A model generated the notes under the pieces. It was given only the letters and a program-made list of their open reading frames with translations. It did no database searches and had not been told where the DNA came from. From Alphaproteobacteria bacterium (GTDB lineage Bacteria; Pseudomonadota; Alphaproteobacteria; RF32; CAG-239), in assembly GCA_017480995.1 (NCBI GenBank), contig JAFUQJ010000051.1, positions 1 to 48,763 of the forward strand: DNA of 48,763 nucleotides, in the 5' to 3' direction. A program made the translations under genes and the position numbers. Shown one piece after another: positions 1-7,802 of the stretch (within the stretch, counting starts at the first letter, position 1; each line of letters opens with the position of its first letter).

Positions 1-358
1 ACCCCTCGCAGGCATCGGTGTTGACGGTCTGTCCGTTCGGACAGCCGTTGGCAACGCCTTTTCCCGGCGCATAGACATATTGAGGTTTGCATTTACAGTC
101 CGACCAACACTTAATCCCGCCAGGCATGTATTTAGGTGAGCAAGATTTGTTGGCGGGAATTTCGGATAACCAGCCCATGGCCTCACAGCTGAGCGGATCA
201 TAAAAAGTGGGATTGTCGGCGTCGGAGACGCGCTTTCTGGACGCGAGCTTCTCCTGATACTTGGGTAACCACTGAATGTCGGCATAACACGCGCCGGCGG
301 AAAAACCCAACGCCGCCGCCGACAATATTACAATCCTTGCAATATCCTTCCCTCTCAT
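1..358 (-). CDS. partial Cys-rich putative lipoprotein (3' end cut by window edge)
   Basis: ATG at 358 follows GGAGG. N-terminus MRGKDIARIVILSAAALGFSAGAC has a signal peptide and a lipobox-like AGAC. Frame stays open to position 1. Confidence 0.45.
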   Translation of the reverse strand, partial: MRGKDIARIVILSAAALGFSAGACYADIQWLPKYQEKLASRKRVSDADNPTFYDPLSCEAMGWLSEIPANKSCSPKYMPGGIKCWSDCKCKPQYVYAPGKGVANGCPNGQTVNTDACEG

Positions 359-582
359 GGCCGCCTCCGTCCTTTTGTCAAGTCTCATCCGACAATTAAT
401 GATAAATTATTATCAGGATAGCAAAATATTAAAAGCGTGTCAAGATGGTTTCCGGAGCTGACAGAGGCAGAACAAAGATGCCGGCGTTAAGAAATGAAAA
501 GCTCTTTGCCGAGATGTTTTTTTTAGAACTTGAAGTCGTCGAATTTCGGAATATACTTGTTATAAAACAAAGGAGAAAATCA

Positions 583-1101
583 ATGGAATATTATGACTTA
601 ATTCGTAAACGTTATTCTGTCCGCAGCTATTCGGACAAAAAAGTGGAATCCGTAAAGTTAAGCCAAATATTGGAGGCGGCTCGGATTGCTCCTACGGGAT
701 GCAATAGACAGCCTTTTAAGATTATTGTGTGCGATATGCCGGAAAGTCTGCAAAAAGTTCAATCCGCAGCCAATCTTTACGGCGCGCCGCTGGCCTTGAT
801 CGTTTGCGCCGAAACCGACAAAGCCTGGGTTCGGCCTTATGACGGCAAGAATATTGCCGAGATTGATGCCGGCATTGTGACGACGCAAATGATGCTGGAG
901 GCGGTCAATCAGGGACTGGGAAGCGTTTGGATTTGCCATTTTAATCCGGAAACGCTTCGTTCCGAATTTAAACTTCCGGCTAATCTTGAGCCGGTAAACA
1001 TTTTGGCCGTGGGATATGCGTCAGGCGAGGCGCCTTCTGCCAACCGGTTTGAAACCCAGCGTAAGAAAATATCGGAGCTTGTTTTTTATAACCGGCTTTA
1101 G
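583..1101 (+). CDS. nitroreductase family protein
   Basis: ORF 445-1101. Start moved to ATG 583, which has AAAGGAG upstream. MEYYDLIRKRYSVRSY...RIAPTGCNRQP is typical of NAD(P)H nitroreductases. Confidence 0.8.
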   Translation: MEYYDLIRKRYSVRSYSDKKVESVKLSQILEAARIAPTGCNRQPFKIIVCDMPESLQKVQSAANLYGAPLALIVCAETDKAWVRPYDGKNIAEIDAGIVTTQMMLEAVNQGLGSVWICHFNPETLRSEFKLPANLEPVNILAVGYASGEAPSANRFETQRKKISELVFYNRL

Positions 1102-1340
1102 AGGAAAAGAAAAATTTTTGCCGTTTTGCCCCTTGTAATCATAAAAATGATGATTATATGCTCCTATATTCGTATATGTAAGATGATTTATATACGAATT
1201 AAGTGTACATATTTTTCGTGCACGGTGTTCGAAAATATGGGCTTGTAAATTTGTAGAAAGCATTTACACTAAAAATTGTGATAGGCGATTTGTTTCGCTT
1301 AGACGTGTTTCGTTTTGTTTTTTTGAAGGGAGAAACTATA

Positions 1341-1544
1341 ATGTTACTTGGAACTGTAAAATGGTTTAATACTAAAAAAGGTTATGGTTTTATTGCTCCG
1401 GAAAAAGGGGAGAAAGATGTCTTTGTACATATTACTCAGTTGGAGAAAATCGGATTAAGACGTTTGATTGACGGCCAGCGTGTCGGATATGAACTTTATG
1501 ACGATCGCGGTCGTATTGCAGCAGGTAATATTACAGTTTTGTAG
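1341..1544 (+). CDS. cold-shock protein, CspA family
   Basis: GTVKWFNTKKGYGFI and DVFVHIT are RNP1/RNP2-like motifs. ATG 1341 follows GAAGGGAGA. Long AT-rich leader. Confidence 0.9.
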   Translation: MLLGTVKWFNTKKGYGFIAPEKGEKDVFVHITQLEKIGLRRLIDGQRVGYELYDDRGRIAAGNITVL

Positions 1545-1561
1545 TCTGAAAACATGGATAC

Positions 1562-1598
1562 AAGGCGGCGTTTTTTAGGAATGCCGCCTTTTTCTTTT
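1562..1598 (+). terminator. rho-independent terminator after csp
   Basis: Stem aaggcggc/gccgcctt followed by a T-rich run. Confidence 0.7.
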
Positions 1599-1911
1599 GA
1601 GTTTTGGGTTTATATTATCGATATGGCGTTGGTAAAACGTTTCGCGGCCTGCCAGAGATGTGCCGGTTGCGATTGTTCCGATTAATGTTTACGACGGCAG
1701 TTGTCCCGTTTGATTAGTGAGGCAGATATGAAGTTGCGGCATTGGATTATTTTGGCAGTTTTTGTTTTTGCGGTAATGATTTCTTTGTTTTTCTGATCCC
1801 GGGGGTTGAAATGTTGTGCGAACCCAAAAAAGACGTTCATGAGCATTTTAATTTTTTGCCGGACAAAAACAGGCGCGGAAACTGTCGGGTAAATTTTTAT
1901 AAAATAAAGGC

Positions 1912-1940
1912 TTGACAACAGAGACATAAAAGCGTAAAAC
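1912..1940 (+). promoter_or_regulatory. sigma70-like promoter for host tRNA-fMet
   Basis: TTGACA, 17-nt spacer, TAAAAC. AT-rich UP-like stretch upstream. tRNA begins 14 nt downstream. Confidence 0.5.
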
Positions 1941-1953
1941 AACGCTATTCCAT

Positions 1954-2030
<77 letters not shown>

Positions 2031-2342
2031 GTTGATAGGCTTGGGTTTGCTTAGGTTTTGGCAATTTTCCAAGCCTTTTTTGTTTGCCTTTTTATCTCTG
2101 CCAAAATTGCTAATTTTTGCCCTTTTTTCCAAGGAGTGCTATTTATTCTGTTACTCATTTGTTACTCCGATTAAAAAGTATGAAAAAACTTTAATCGTTT
2201 TATCAGCGTATTTTCAGCATTATGTTTTGACTTTTTTAGTATTAAAATTTTACGCTTTTTGCCGTCCGTTGACGATAGAAGTATAATCATCTATTGACAT
2301 TTTTCTTATTCTGGCTATTTTAATAGGTACAGGGTTATTGAA

Positions 2343-3653
2343 ATGAAGAAAAAAATCACAAAAACATTGGTCGAGAGCGCGGCGACTCCGCAAAATTCAA
2401 AACTTTTAATCTGGGATGAGACAATTTCCGGATTCCATGTTGTTATACGTCCGAGCGGGCGCAAGAGTTTCTATGCTGTATATCGACTGCGTAATCACAA
2501 ACAACAACGTTTGAAGCTTGGCGATTTTCCGGCCATGACGGTTGAGGAGGCGCGCGAAAAATGCAAGGCACTGATGAACCAGGCCTTTGACGGTGTGGAT
2601 CCTTTGGCTGTTATTCGCGAACGCGCAAGGCTTGAAGAGCCGGATCCGGCCAAAAACGGCACGATGCGCGACCTGTATGCCAAATATATGGCCGAGCATG
2701 CGATTTTTAAGAAACCGGCGAGCCGCAAGAACGACGTTATTTACTGGGAAAGGCATATTTTACCGAGAATTGGCGACAAACGCGTGCGCGAGGTCACCCG
2801 CGGTGACATTTCGGCCATCCATAAGGGAATCGGCGCCGAGCTGAACCGCAAGGGCGAACTGATGAAGACGACAGCCAACCGCGTGCTTGAGGTTTTGAAA
2901 AAGGCTTTTTCCCTGGCCGAGGAATGGGAATGGCGGCCGGAGGGCTCCAATCCCGGGGCGCGGATTAAAAAGTTCAAGGAACAGGCCCGCAACCGATATC
3001 TGACACTTCAGGAAGCGGCGGCTCTTGACAAAGTTCTGGTGAAATATCTCGATGCCGGATATCGCGAGCGGCAGGTTGCGCGGCTGGTTCTGATTTTGCT
3101 TTTGGTCGGCGGTCGCAAGCAAGAGATAAGGAATGCCCGCTGGGAATGGGTTAATCTTGAGCGCGGCGTTTTATCCCTGCCGGACAGCAAGTCAAACGAG
3201 CCGCAGGATATCCAGCTGCCGGACAAAGTTTTGGATATTTTGGCGGATATTCGCGAAGATCAGCGGCGGAATAATCGGGAAAGCGACTATATTTTTGACG
3301 GGCACGTTCGCGGCCAGCCGCTTAAAGACGAGGGCAAGCATTGGGACAACATCCGCGCCGAGGCCGGTTTGAAAGATTTCCGCATGCACGATCTGCGCCA
3401 CAGTTTTGCCTCGTACATGGCCATGGCGACAGGATCCGAGCTGATGATCCAGCAAAGCCTGCGGCACGCTGATGCCAAAACGTCGAAACGCTACACCCAT
3501 ATGTTTAATGAGCCTTTGCGTTCGGCGGTCAATCAGACGGCCGGAAAAATTATCGAGGCCATGCGCGGCGATAAAATCGTTGATTTTGAAACGGCCAAGC
3601 AAGCACACCGCAAGGCTAACGACCGCGGTCAGGTGTCCGAACAGACTGCGTGA
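2343..3653 (+). CDS. int: tyrosine integrase (P4-type, tRNA-targeting)
   Basis: N-terminal arm-binding-like region (ISGFHVVIRPSGRKSFYAVYR). C-terminal HDLRHSFAS ... RYTH catalytic motifs. Confidence 0.9.
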   Translation: MKKKITKTLVESAATPQNSKLLIWDETISGFHVVIRPSGRKSFYAVYRLRNHKQQRLKLGDFPAMTVEEAREKCKALMNQAFDGVDPLAVIRERARLEEPDPAKNGTMRDLYAKYMAEHAIFKKPASRKNDVIYWERHILPRIGDKRVREVTRGDISAIHKGIGAELNRKGELMKTTANRVLEVLKKAFSLAEEWEWRPEGSNPGARIKKFKEQARNRYLTLQEAAALDKVLVKYLDAGYRERQVARLVLILLLVGGRKQEIRNARWEWVNLERGVLSLPDSKSNEPQDIQLPDKVLDILADIREDQRRNNRESDYIFDGHVRGQPLKDEGKHWDNIRAEAGLKDFRMHDLRHSFASYMAMATGSELMIQQSLRHADAKTSKRYTHMFNEPLRSAVNQTAGKIIEAMRGDKIVDFETAKQAHRKANDRGQVSEQTA

Positions 3654-4092
3654 GGCTGTTCAGAAACTTGACAACTCCCTCTTTGGCCATAAGGTCGGCT
3701 AAGGCGTTATTGATGGCTTTAAATTGATAGTGACCGGTGTGAGCCTTGACTTTTTCGATTTTTAAGCCCTGCGGGGCGATTTGGTTGATACGGTATGCCC
3801 ATTTGCGGCATTCGAGCCGGTTTTTCTGCTGTTTTGGCGTGAGGGGGCGGTCTTTGATATTGTCGGAAATGTAGGCAATGGCGTTTTGGCTGTCGGTGTA
3901 GAGCGTATGCGGCCCGGGATATTGCTTGATGAGTTCAAGAGCATAATATATGGCGTAGAGCTCGCCGATGTTGTTGTTTTCGGCCTTAATCCATTTTGAA
4001 AAGATGCGGCGCTGCTGTCCGCAGATGATGACACAACCGATTCCGGCAACCCCGTGTTTTTCGTTGAAGCTGGAATCGGTGTATATTATCAT
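3616..4092 (-). CDS. RNase H (type 1) domain protein
   Basis: MIIYTDSS...GIG...GELYAIYYAL...LYTDSQ...KAHTGH resembles the RNase HI DEDD pattern. ATG 4092 overlaps the spanin stop (ATGA). Confidence 0.75.
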   Translation of the reverse strand: MIIYTDSSFNEKHGVAGIGCVIICGQQRRIFSKWIKAENNNIGELYAIYYALELIKQYPGPHTLYTDSQNAIAYISDNIKDRPLTPKQQKNRLECRKWAYRINQIAPQGLKIEKVKAHTGHYQFKAINNALADLMAKEGVVKFLNSLTQSVRTPDRGR

Positions 4093-4280
4093 TTTTCGCA
4101 CCTGCAGGCTTTGATGACGAGTTCCTGACAGTCAAATCCGTTTTCAAGGTCAAGAACGGTTTGTCCGCGCTCACAGGTGTTGACCGGGCAGCAGTTGACA
4201 GGCACATATTTAATGTTGGCCGCGCAGCTGGCGACGGCAAGCACTGAGGTCAACAGAATACAGAGCTTTACAATCCGCAT
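4089..4280 (-). CDS. o-spanin-like lipoprotein (Rz1-like)
   Basis: Start at ATG 4280 after GGGAGG. MRIVKLCILLTSVLAVASC lipobox. Start is embedded in the i-spanin ORF in another frame. Confidence 0.65.
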   Translation of the reverse strand: MRIVKLCILLTSVLAVASCAANIKYVPVNCCPVNTCERGQTVLDLENGFDCQELVIKACRCEK

Positions 4281-4485
4281 TGAGGTTTGCCTCCCTTTGT
4301 TTGAGTTTTTGCTTTTGGTTTTCGAGCGTTTCGGTGTTTTCAATTTTGCACATGGCCGCCCGGACGGCTTTCTTTTGATAGATAGCTTCGGCTGCGGCAT
4401 AGCCTTTGTCGTAGATGAACATTGCACCCCAGAAAAGCACGACAGCTACGATAATGACGACGGCAATAACGGCTCGTATTCTCAT
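4210..4485 (-). CDS. i-spanin-like protein (Rz-like)
   Basis: N-terminal TM helix, then a charged coiled-coil-like region. ATGA overlap with the endolysin stop. Confidence 0.65.
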   Translation of the reverse strand: MRIRAVIAVVIIVAVVLFWGAMFIYDKGYAAAEAIYQKKAVRAAMCKIENTETLENQKQKLKQREANLNADCKALYSVDLSACRRQLRGQH

Positions 4486-4955
4486 GCGTCCACCTCTTTG
4501 GCCAGCTGGACAAGCCGGTTTTTCCAGCCCTCGCGGAATGTCGGCCAGCTTTTGGCCTCGGTGTAGGCATAAAGCCGGTTAATCATAAAAACCGTGTAAA
4601 TGCTGTTTTTTGCTTGACGGGCAGCGGCTCTGGTTTCCTGCCCGATGACACCGTCGGCCGTAATGCCGAGGCTTTCCTGCAGGATTTTAACCGCCTTTGT
4701 AACGCCGTGATTGACGGCGGTGTCAAACAGCATGATATCGAGCGGGTACGGGATTTCCTCGCACTGGGCTTTATCCCAATAATCGCGCTTGTATATGGCA
4801 ATGGCGTCGGCTTTGGTCAGGCTGGCGATGTCAAGACCGGGATAGGCGGCCTGGCTGATGCCGTATTTGGTCAAACCTCCGGCATCGTCTTTGTGATCAG
4901 ACAGAATGCCTTCTTTTTCAAGCGTCAAATTAACAGCGGTTTCAAAATTATTCAT
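4482..4955 (-). CDS. endolysin, GH108 with peptidoglycan-binding domain
   Basis: LEKEGILSDHKDDAGGLTKYGI ... YWD ... DTAVNHG ... ADGVIG pattern. Start ATG 4955 after AAGGAG. Confidence 0.8.
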   Translation of the reverse strand: MNNFETAVNLTLEKEGILSDHKDDAGGLTKYGISQAAYPGLDIASLTKADAIAIYKRDYWDKAQCEEIPYPLDIMLFDTAVNHGVTKAVKILQESLGITADGVIGQETRAAARQAKNSIYTVFMINRLYAYTEAKSWPTFREGWKNRLVQLAKEVDA

Positions 4956-5694
4956 AGCGGTTCTCCTTGATTTGCTGTCCGTCAAAAGCCAGGCCGGTGA
5001 TGCGTCCGTTGATCATCAGGCCGAATTTTTCGACGTCCATAAACATTTCGTAAAAAAATACCCACCAGGTTTTGACTACCTCGATCGACATTTCGTCAGA
5101 TGATAGCAGCTCACGCAATAGCCCGACGTGCGACGACATCCAGACCTTGAACATCTCGTTGATGTAGGCGATTTTGTCCTCGCTCCAGTTTTCACCGCTT
5201 AACTTTTGGCGGACGACTTTTTGAACGGCGTCGATAGCGCCGCAGGCAATATGATGGTGGGTTTTGCGGTAGCTGGTGAAGTCCTCGTTTTTGATTTTGC
5301 CCTGCCGATAGTCATTATACATGGTGGTGAAGCCCTTAAAAAAAGCCTCAAACATGGTTTTGACAAGGTATTGATAAAAGCGGTTGCGGCCTGGATCGCG
5401 GTCAATTTGCAGATCCGAGATGCGGCAGATGAGCCCGTAGATCTTTTCGGCAAATTTCTCGTAGCGCAAATCGCACAGTTCAATAACTTCGAGCTGGCGC
5501 TCGGCTTTGGCGCGATATCTGCCGGAGCAATGCCGGAGGATAACCGACCCGAGGCGGCGCAGGGGTTGCTCATATTTTATCCAGGCCAGCACACCCAGGC
5601 AAAACAGGGTTATCGCCAGCAAAAGCCAAATAAACGGGTTGCCCTCTGCCAAAAGCATGACGATGTTATCCCAGTTTAGCCTGATGTCTGACAT
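4948..5694 (-). CDS. membrane protein of unknown function (upstream of endolysin)
   Basis: One N-terminal TM helix (FIWLLLAITLFCLGVLAWI), then a helical soluble part. Position fits a holin or lysis regulator but its size is atypical. Confidence 0.5.
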   Translation of the reverse strand: MSDIRLNWDNIVMLLAEGNPFIWLLLAITLFCLGVLAWIKYEQPLRRLGSVILRHCSGRYRAKAERQLEVIELCDLRYEKFAEKIYGLICRISDLQIDRDPGRNRFYQYLVKTMFEAFFKGFTTMYNDYRQGKIKNEDFTSYRKTHHHIACGAIDAVQKVVRQKLSGENWSEDKIAYINEMFKVWMSSHVGLLRELLSSDEMSIEVVKTWWVFFYEMFMDVEKFGLMINGRITGLAFDGQQIKENRYE

Positions 5695-5700
5695 TTTCCG

Positions 5701-6075
5701 CTACTCCGTCAATTCTTCAACTTCTTCAATCGTAAAACCGAGACGAAAGATTTCGGCGTTCGGATCTTCGACAAGGGTAAAAATTGACCATTTTTCCGGC
5801 TCGCCATCTTTGGCCGTGTTGATCAGTCTTGAGTTTTCGCCGTTGTCGAGCTCGGCTCTGGCGGCGGCATTGGCGGCAATAGTCTCGTTTTCTTCGGCCT
5901 CGGTGGCGCCGTCCGGTACGGGAACCGGCTCAAAAACCTCGCCGCTGTCTTTCCAGATAAAGCGGTCGGCGGCCAGAGAGCGCAGGCGTTCTTTTGCCTG
6001 GTCCGTGTATTCGGGGTCGGCCAAAAGGTTCAAATAGTCTTGTTTGGTGCAGAAAATTTTAGGAAATCCTCTCAT
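5701..6075 (-). CDS. hypothetical acidic protein downstream of the DGR RT
   Basis: 124-aa ORF, tightly packed in the RT operon. No motif recognised. Confidence 0.55.
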   Translation of the reverse strand: MRGFPKIFCTKQDYLNLLADPEYTDQAKERLRSLAADRFIWKDSGEVFEPVPVPDGATEAEENETIAANAAARAELDNGENSRLINTAKDGEPEKWSIFTLVEDPNAEIFRLGFTIEEVEELTE

Positions 6076-6089
6076 TTTTTTGTGTCCTT

Positions 6090-6440
6090 TCAGATGATTT
6101 TGAGCGCGCGGTCATCTTTGACAATCGTGCCGACACGCGGCAGTTTGTCTTTGAAAACTTCGAGCGTTTTGGTTATGTTTTTAGACTGCGTGAAAAATAT
6201 ATGCTTTTCGCCGTCTACAATGATTTGCACCTTGGTCACGGATTCGCCGAAACGCTTGTATTGACTGGGTGCAACGCTAAAATCCACGAAGACAATCTTT
6301 TTGTTCAAAAGCTTGTCAACGGGGATTTTCGAGCCGACAAAGCCGCTTTGCTCATTTGATTTTCTGAGCATTTCCGGATCATCGGCAAAAGCCGGATAAT
6401 TGTCATAATCTGGCGAGGATGTCATTTGCTGTTCTTGCAT
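6090..6440 (-). CDS. hypothetical protein overlapping the RT 3' end
   Basis: 116-aa ORF overlapping the RT by up to 38 nt; start uncertain. No motif recognised and not Avd-like by eye. Confidence 0.5.
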   Translation of the reverse strand: MQEQQMTSSPDYDNYPAFADDPEMLRKSNEQSGFVGSKIPVDKLLNKKIVFVDFSVAPSQYKRFGESVTKVQIIVDGEKHIFFTQSKNITKTLEVFKDKLPRVGTIVKDDRALKII

Positions 6441-7446
6441 TTTTTGAGGCCTCTCTTAACCGGTCAAGATCAAGTTTTATTCGCAGATTGTATGTTTTTG
6501 CCCATTTCATCCAGCCGTCATAACTGGCAATGACCGAACGAAACTGCTCAGCCGTTATTTTGTGCCGGTGCAGATTGTAGACGGCTTTTTTGATGCGTTT
6601 GCGCGCTCTTTTGGCTGTTGACTTGCGCAGCAGTATGTATTCCGGAAAATGGCGGTAACCCAGAAAATCAACACCGCGGCTGACGGGAAAAAGGTCGCAT
6701 TTGCTCATGCGGAGCCGGAGCCTGTCGGTTAAAAACTGCCTGATTTTGGCGGCGGCATCGTTCAAAACTTTTTTGTCGTTGTGAAAAAGGCAAAAATCGT
6801 CGCAATAGCGCAGGTAGCATTTGATTTTGAGCTGATGCCGGACAAACTGGTCAAGCTCATTCAAATACAGATTGCCAAACCATTGGCTGGTGAAGTTACC
6901 GATCGGCGTGTTGGTTTCGCCGGGAAAGCTGTCAATAATGTCATCAATCAGCCACAGGACGTCTTTATCTTTAATTTTGCGGCGGACGATGCTTTTTAAA
7001 ACATCGTGGTTGATGGACGGATAAAATTTTGAAATATCGCATTTCAGGCAATATCTGTTGCCGCGGATATATTCCATTGTCTTCAGGCTGCCCTTGTGCA
7101 TGCCTTTGTTGTCGCGGCAGGCGTAGGATTCCGCAATAAACAGATTATCCCAAATCGGGATTAAAACGTTCATTACCGCGTGCTGGACAATACGATCGGG
7201 GTTAAACGGCAAAATATAAATAGTCCGGCGTTTGGGTTCAAAAACGGTTTTGGTGCTGTAATGCGCCGTTGTGAAGGTCTTGTTGACCAGGCTTTGACGT
7301 ATTTTTTCAAGATTGTTTTCCAAATCGCGGTTAAAGAGACGCACATTGCGCTTTTTGCCCTTGCCGAGCTTTGCCTGCTCATAGGACAAGCGGATGTTTT
7401 CTTTGGTGATGACACTCGGCCACAAATTTCCGTATCTTTTAACCAT
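6403..7446 (-). CDS. DGR reverse transcriptase
   Basis: RT domain with IGNFTSQ (DGR hallmark [ILV]GxxxSQ) and YCDD catalytic motif. Lies beside the TR/VR pair. Confidence 0.9.
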   Translation of the reverse strand: MVKRYGNLWPSVITKENIRLSYEQAKLGKGKKRNVRLFNRDLENNLEKIRQSLVNKTFTTAHYSTKTVFEPKRRTIYILPFNPDRIVQHAVMNVLIPIWDNLFIAESYACRDNKGMHKGSLKTMEYIRGNRYCLKCDISKFYPSINHDVLKSIVRRKIKDKDVLWLIDDIIDSFPGETNTPIGNFTSQWFGNLYLNELDQFVRHQLKIKCYLRYCDDFCLFHNDKKVLNDAAAKIRQFLTDRLRLRMSKCDLFPVSRGVDFLGYRHFPEYILLRKSTAKRARKRIKKAVYNLHRHKITAEQFRSVIASYDGWMKWAKTYNLRIKLDLDRLREASKNARTANDILARL

Positions 7447-7526
7447 TTCAATCCTTATTTTGCAGAAGCCGGGGTTTCGTTTTGGGCTACTAGCCCGGCA
7501 TTGCCTCCGTTTTTGTGTTTTGCCGA

Positions 7527-7554
7527 CTGCGGTTCCCGTTGTCCGGGCGCGCGG
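7527..7554 (+). repeat. inverted partial VR/TR-like segment (fold-back partner of TR)
   Basis: ctgcggttcccgttgtc is complementary to 7664-7680 (16 of 17). gcgcgcgg is complementary to 7612-7619. Confidence 0.7.
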
Positions 7555-7606
7555 TGCGACATGGATAAATATCTCAGCCGGAGTTATCCAAGAGGATTAA
7601 ACCGTA

Positions 7607-7719
7607 TCCGCCCGCGCGCGCCATTATTGACATTCGTATTCGAAAGCGAATTATTCGCATTGCGACAACGGGAACTGCAGTTCGAGGAATTGTCCCAGTT
7701 GCCTCCTGCCAGAAGCACC
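7607..7719 (-). repeat. DGR template repeat (TR), 113 bp
   Basis: Gapless alignment to VR1 at offset 222. Adenine-rich AAY codons in the VR frame. Non-coding, between target gene and RT. Confidence 0.9.
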
Positions 7720-7802
7720 CGGTAATGTACTGCTCGTGATAAATATTTACCCAAAACCTTCATATTTTTTTGCCTTTTCTTTTTAATTAAAAAGAATTTG
7801 CC

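Noticed and set aside
1102-1340. Long AT-rich region upstream of csp as a possible mobile or unknown element
   Set aside because: Long structured 5' leaders are normal for cspA-family genes. No repeats or ORFs support anything else.
6403-7446. RT as a retron, group II intron or Abi-type RT
   Set aside because: An adjacent TR/VR pair with adenine-only mismatches and the IGxxxSQ motif point to a DGR. No msr/msd-like inverted repeats or intron RNA domains were seen.
7180-7725. 181-aa + strand ORF spanning the RT 5' end, spacer and TR
   Set aside because: It runs antisense through the RT start and through TR. Its C-terminus (..QRELQFEELSQLPPARS) is just the antisense reading of the repeat. The same peptide appears antisense to VR3.
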